From: Neophaeotheca triangularis
Taxonomy: Eukaryota
DNA length: 64,000 bases
Assembly (NCBI GenBank): GCA_054600435.1
Contig: BAAIJX010000048.1
Coordinates: 1 to 64,000, forward strand
Direction: 5' to 3'
Part shown: positions 59,054 through 64,000 of the stretch, piece by piece
Numbering within the stretch: position 1 is the first letter of the stretch
Layout of the letters: each line of letters opens with the position of its first letter
Made by a program: the position numbers and the translations under genes
The notes under the pieces: generated by a model
Told to the model about the DNA's origin: nothing
What the model saw: the letters and a program-made list of their open reading frames with translations, nothing else
The model's database searches: none

Positions 59054-61327
59054 ATGAGCGAGGCCCCAGACGCAACATACAAGCGAAAGGATACCTTTGT
59101 CGAAGTAGGAACAAACACCGACGCAAACAGCGCCGCCGAGACCGACAGCGATGATGGAAGCGACAACAACAGCAGCAGCGACAGCAGCGAGGGAAGCGAT
59201 AGCGATAGCAGTAGCGACGACGACAGCGACAACGATACAGTCATCGACGCAAGCGAATATGACCGCCTGCATAGACCCCAAAACATCCAGCAAGACGAAG
59301 CGGATGCCACCAGCCCACTATGGCTCTATGCCAATGGTCTCATCCGCCCCTTGACCCCAGAAGCAACGAGTCCTAGCTATTTCGACTTGCCTCCTACAAT
59401 GTCCAACGGCTTGTCTCGCCCAAGTCAAAATTCGACCTCTTACCCCGAACACGTCCAGCATTTCCTTTACCTCCTGGAACGTCACTCTGCTCTAACCCGC
59501 CGCCCACCCCGCAATATTCCCACAGACCCCGAAGAACTTCGAGAGATGCGACGCCGGTACTCAGACCCTTCTGCGAACGCTGTCGAGCCGCTCCGGAACC
59601 CGTTTGCCGAGCCCACGAGGCGGGAACGCGATGCAGAGATAAAACGACTGGCGCTCGAGCAAGAGAGGGCAGAAATCGTGGCCGAGCTAGCGATGAGAGA
59701 CAGGCAGAGGGCAGAAAGGCAAAGCAACGGGCGTGGCAGAGGTGAGGACAGGAGAGCGTCGAGGAGCCGCCGGGAGCGCAAAACGCGAAGGCGTTCCCAT
59801 GCTGTTGGGGCCGAGCAAGAGGTCGTGGTCAAAGAGTATGAGGTTCCCATTGATGTTTACATTTTCCCTTCTCCACCGCCGGGTTTTACTTCGAGGGCGA
59901 TTCGCTCGAGCCACTCGGGACATTTGATTTGGGATCCGAGCGAGAATGGGAAGTTGAGCACACGATTCAAGGCTTTTGAGTCGACGGTGCTAATGCTTGC
60001 AGCGGCCATGGGAATTGTGAGCAGAGCGGTGCTCAAGAGTTGGAAGAAAGTGCTTGGGATCCGATTCCTGGATGGGAAGATTGTGGCTTTTGGCCTTTTG
60101 GAGTGGGCGAGAATTTTGGAGTCGTGGGGTGCAGCTGAGAACTCGTTAGCTACGAAAGCCAAATTTGTGGTTGTCTATGGCGGCGATTTGAAGGATGTGG
60201 ATTTTGAAGCTGAGGAATTCGCTCATCTGGGTACGGAGACAAGTCAAGAGCATGCAAGCGGTTGTCGGATGGAGCAATCTCTCTCGGATCGGCCAGACGT
60301 TAATTACTGGGAGATGAATCCGCCTCACCTATCTACTTACCGCTTCTCTCCACCGAGTGTGCCTGGACGACAGGGCGACGCAAGTCATGCCCACGCCCAC
60401 GCAAGCTATCCCTCCAAGTCACGAGCTCACATTGCAATACTTCCAGCACCGCCCATGCAACCTAGCCAAATAACCGTCCCAACGCTCCTCGCAACCCTCC
60501 ATTTCTGCCCCTTTCCGCAAAACCCACCTCAGCCACCGACCCTCTCGGCCATAACCTACACGCTCCCCGCCTTCCCTCTCCCAATCTTTCCGCCTTCAAC
60601 CTTCCCCGAATTCAAGAGGTTCCTTCTCAAACAACACTGGAGCGTTTTCAACACGCACTTGAGGCCCTTTGACCCGGAGAGATTCTGCACTAGGATCTGG
60701 GTACAGTGGGTGCAGCCTGAGAGCTTTGATCAAAGGAGAGGAGAGAAAGAGGCCAGAGGGAGTCGGTTTTGGAAGATGGAAGTTGGTGAAGAGGATTGGG
60801 AGGGGCTTTGTCAGGAATTGGGGAGGTGGGCGGTGGACCAGCCGGGAATTCTTGGTGGACTTAGTATGGGAATGGAAGGGTGGTATGTCGTTGAGGCTGG
60901 AAGAAATACTGATGCTATGAGTTCTGACGATGACGACGACGGCGGCGACGATGATGATGATGTCGAGGGGGAGGAAGGCCCGGAGAATGAGAAGGAGAGA
61001 GAGGAGCCTAAAGACAAAGACCCCGAAGCTTCCAGGGCGGCGGATGACATCGAGTGTGGCGAAGCCTCAAACCGGTTGTTCAACGGTTGGACTTTTGGCG
61101 AAGCAAGCCGACGATATTTAACCGGCCAGGAGGAAGAAGAGGAGGACAGCGACAATGATTCGGGAGAGACTCTTGCTGGCTTGAATGGAGACGGCGCATG
61201 TGTTGACAAGTTAAGATACACAAGCTGGCAAAAATGTTTCGAGGAGATGCGCGAGCCGGCTCCGGACGAAGCTGTCGTCTCAGGCTGGCCGTTGCAGACA
61301 AAACAGTACGGTCGCGAAGAGCAGTAA
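59054..61327 (+). CDS. hypothetical protein (~757 aa) with acidic low-complexity ends
   Basis: Uninterrupted ORF of more than 2.2 kb, first in-frame ATG at 59054, D/S- and D/E-rich tracts and two hydrophobic globular-looking segments. No family recognised. Confidence 0.7.
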   Translation: MSEAPDATYKRKDTFVEVGTNTDANSAAETDSDDGSDNNSSSDSSEGSDSDSSSDDDSDNDTVIDASEYDRLHRPQNIQQDEADATSPLWLYANGLIRPLTPEATSPSYFDLPPTMSNGLSRPSQNSTSYPEHVQHFLYLLERHSALTRRPPRNIPTDPEELREMRRRYSDPSANAVEPLRNPFAEPTRRERDAEIKRLALEQERAEIVAELAMRDRQRAERQSNGRGRGEDRRASRSRRERKTRRRSHAVGAEQEVVVKEYEVPIDVYIFPSPPPGFTSRAIRSSHSGHLIWDPSENGKLSTRFKAFESTVLMLAAAMGIVSRAVLKSWKKVLGIRFLDGKIVAFGLLEWARILESWGAAENSLATKAKFVVVYGGDLKDVDFEAEEFAHLGTETSQEHASGCRMEQSLSDRPDVNYWEMNPPHLSTYRFSPPSVPGRQGDASHAHAHASYPSKSRAHIAILPAPPMQPSQITVPTLLATLHFCPFPQNPPQPPTLSAITYTLPAFPLPIFPPSTFPEFKRFLLKQHWSVFNTHLRPFDPERFCTRIWVQWVQPESFDQRRGEKEARGSRFWKMEVGEEDWEGLCQELGRWAVDQPGILGGLSMGMEGWYVVEAGRNTDAMSSDDDDDGGDDDDDVEGEEGPENEKEREEPKDKDPEASRAADDIECGEASNRLFNGWTFGEASRRYLTGQEEEEEDSDNDSGETLAGLNGDGACVDKLRYTSWQKCFEEMREPAPDEAVVSGWPLQTKQYGREEQ

Positions 61328-62072
61328 TCGTACGACAGTCCGTGAGGAGCGCTCACATTTCATCACATCTCTAGCCAGGCCACGCAGACCTTGCAGGCAG
61401 TCGCGCCCTGCCCGACAATAAGTCAAGCTCGGTCAGAAACGTTTCGGTCGAGAAAGCATGTCAACTTCGCGGACCTTCAACGCTGCCTCATATGTTGTCG
61501 CGGGCCCGCCTAGCCGGTCGGAGAAGCTGGATACCGTGGTCAGCTAGATTGTGCTAATTCATGCGAAAGGCGAAAGGCGAGTCGTCAAGGTCGAGCGAGA
61601 AAGGCAGATTCCGGGAGTTTTGATCTGCAAAGAGGACCGCCAGAACCAATGCCTCTGGGCCGTGGCGGGGATTCTTCGGGCGGACATGTTTGTTGCATTG
61701 CTGTGACGAGGCGAGGGGAGAAGGATCTAATGTTGTTGTATGATTTATGAACGCGGACGCAAATGATCGCAATATAACCTTTCTTGTGATTATTGAAGTT
61801 AGTGAAATCAAGTCAACTCCCAAGGTCAAGTCCGACCCCGGAAGTTGACGAGTCGTTGTGGTCAGTGCGAGCTGCACGAATGCTTGACCATCTGCGACTC
61901 GGAGCTTGCGAGAAAAAGTGATGCACTATTCATCCAAGCACTCCTTCTCAACAATCCTCCCTCCCTACCTCACGTGCCTCGACCTCATCTCACTTCCATT
62001 CTTCATTCTTCGTATTATCCGGTGTAACAGTACAGGAAGGGGCGTTTAGGAGTGAGCCCATACGCGATCGCA

Positions 62073-63070
62073 ATGGCGCCAACGATACCATCCCCTACCC
62101 AAGCCATCAAGGCCTCGGCCAAAGATGAGAAGAAGGAAAAGACCTCTGCGCGTCTGCTAGGTGCAGGTAAACATTTATCACTACCTCCCCCGTGTCGTCC
62201 CTTACCATGCTCACCCCCAACCTCACAGGCAGCGCCGGTATCGCCGAACTTCTCGTCTTCCATCCCGTCGACACAACCGCCAAACGTCTCATGTCCAACA
62301 CGGGCAAGATCACCTCAGCCTCTCAACTTAATAGCGTCATCTTCAAGTCCTCCGCCAACGAAGGCCTCGCCCGCCGCTTCTTCACCCTCTTTCCCGGTCT
62401 CGGTTACGCAGCCGCGTACAAAGTGCTTCAGCGCATCTACAAATACGGTGGTCAGCCTTTTGCGCGGGACTTCCTGAGCAAGAACTACGGCGGCACATTC
62501 GATAGGACTTTCGGCAAAGGCAATGGCAAGGCCATGATGCATGCTACCGCTGGTAGTTTGATCGGCATCGGCGAGATTGTCCTCCTTCCATTGGACGTCC
62601 TCAAGATCAAACGTCAAACAAACCCCGAAGCCTTCCGTGGCCGAGGCGTGCTGCGAATTATTGGCGACGAAGGCTTCGGCCTGTACAGAGGCTGGGGCTG
62701 GACAGCTGCACGTAACGCGCCGGGCTCTTTCGCCCTTTTTGGTGGTTCCGCCGCGGCGAAGCAATACCTATACAAATTGCAGGACTACAACAGCGCATCT
62801 TGGTCGCAGAACTTTGTCGCCTCGATTGCCGGCTCTTCAGCAAGTTTGATCGTTTCGGCGCCTTTAGACGTGGTCAAGACGAGGATACAGAACAGGAACT
62901 TCGAGGCCAAGGAGAGCGGATGGCAAATCATCAAGACCATGGCCAAGGTTGAGGGACCTACGAGCTTCTTCAAGGGTTTGGTGCCGAAGCTGTTGATGAC
63001 TGGCCCCAAGTTGACTTTCTCGTTCTGGTTGGCGCAAACGCTGATCCCTACATTTGACAAGCTTATGTGA
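62073..63070 (+). CDS. GGC1: mitochondrial GTP/GDP carrier, 2 exons
   Basis: SARLLGA-GSAGIAELLVFHPVDTTAKRLMSN, YKVLQRIYKYGGQP, PLDVLKIKRQTNPEAF and three carrier Px[DE]xx[KR] signatures. Confidence 0.93.
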
Positions 63071-63623
63071 GGAGGAGCTTAAATGCTGAGTTTGTATGAT
63101 CTGGGAGTGCCAATAAGGTAGCAAGCAAGCCTAGGAGGAAGCGACTGAGCCTTGGGTCGAGTGGGAGGGGACCATTATGTATATCAAGCGGTTGGTGTTT
63201 TGAGGCGCCAAAGCGGTAGGGGAAGTCGTGGCTCTGCAGGGGATTGGCAACTATGATGAGCTTTGCTGGCTGGATTGATGGATAGGGTTATTTCCTCACT
63301 GCAGCGCTGTCTGAAACTCCTCTCACAGACAATCTAGTCTATATCACATCTAATTGCTTGCTCACGTGACGGCGTGTTTGCGGTTTCTTGGCATTGCTTT
63401 CGACAAGGCATCACCTACGTGCGCGCGTACTTGATCGAATTTATGTTTCAAACATACCTACCTCCCTTACCTTAGCTGCACACTCTTTTCGGGCACGAAG
63501 ACTAGACCATTCCCCTCGCAATCAATGTTGAGCGCTCATATAGTCTTTCTTTTCATTTGAATATATTTTCCCAGCCCGCACATAGTTTCTCTTGTTGTCC
63601 TATTCTAGCCTTTCAGCACGACC

Positions 63624-64000
63624 ATGGCCAATGTAAAGGACGACCCGGGAAACTACTTCCAGACGACCGACTCGATCGCGACGACACAACGCAAAGCGGC
63701 AAAATCCTCCAACAAGCATGGCAGCCCGATCAAGTTGCCATCCAAAATCTTGGCCGTACATCCAGACCCGGACAGCAACAATGCCATCATTATCGCTGAA
63801 GCAGCCGGCGATGTCAAGCGAATTGACCTGGAAGTTTGTCTAACAATGGAGCTTGGCCCAGATCTGCTCAAATACTGATACGGGATGACAGACTGGAAAC
63901 AAAACGACCATCCTCTTCAGCGCCGGCTCCCCCTTGACTAGCCTGGCCATAGACCAGACCGCCAACCTCCTCTTCTCCGGCTGCTGGGACAAAAACACCC
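63624..64000 (+). CDS. WD40-repeat protein, 5' part (runs off the window)
   Basis: Exon 1 ends IAEAAGDVKRIDLE, intron ~63834-63891, then PLTSLAID...LLFSGCWDK. Confidence 0.75.

Noticed and set aside
1..64000. tRNA, rRNA, snRNA, transposons, RIP-degraded tracts, CRISPR or a secondary-metabolite backbone gene
   Set aside because: No cloverleaf, snRNA signature, transposase or RT motif, long AT-rich block, repeat-spacer array or PKS/NRPS/terpene synthase was seen.

Overview
A gene-dense (about 28 protein-coding genes), intron-containing window from a filamentous ascomycete; the short GT-AG introns with CTRAC branch points and the gene families suggest a Dothideomycete, which is inference only. 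It opens with a poly-C tract that looks like a low-quality contig end. Conserved genes include RCF2, RRP36, GIS2, CWH41, a FacC/Yat1-type carnitine acetyltransferase, RAD57, AIM32, MED6 and GGC1, plus a Myb+WD40 DCAF-like protein (Raf1/DIM-9-like). Accessory-type genes include an NmrA-like oxidoreductase, an amino-acid permease, a BTB protein, two MFS transporters, a cyclase-family hydrolase, a secreted GH39-like enzyme, a GNAT, two SDRs, a LAD-family polyol dehydrogenase, an ABCA transporter and a Zn2Cys6 transcription factor. I found no tRNA, rRNA, transposon or CRISPR, and no clear novel multi-gene system. The best unexplained signals are a recurrent intergenic TACCTAGGTA palindrome family, a duplicated splice-site-like 36-mer in an apparently empty intergenic region, two orphan proteins, two possible catabolic mini-clusters, and dense GATA and CreA motif clusters. 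Gene names come from recognised motifs, not database searches.
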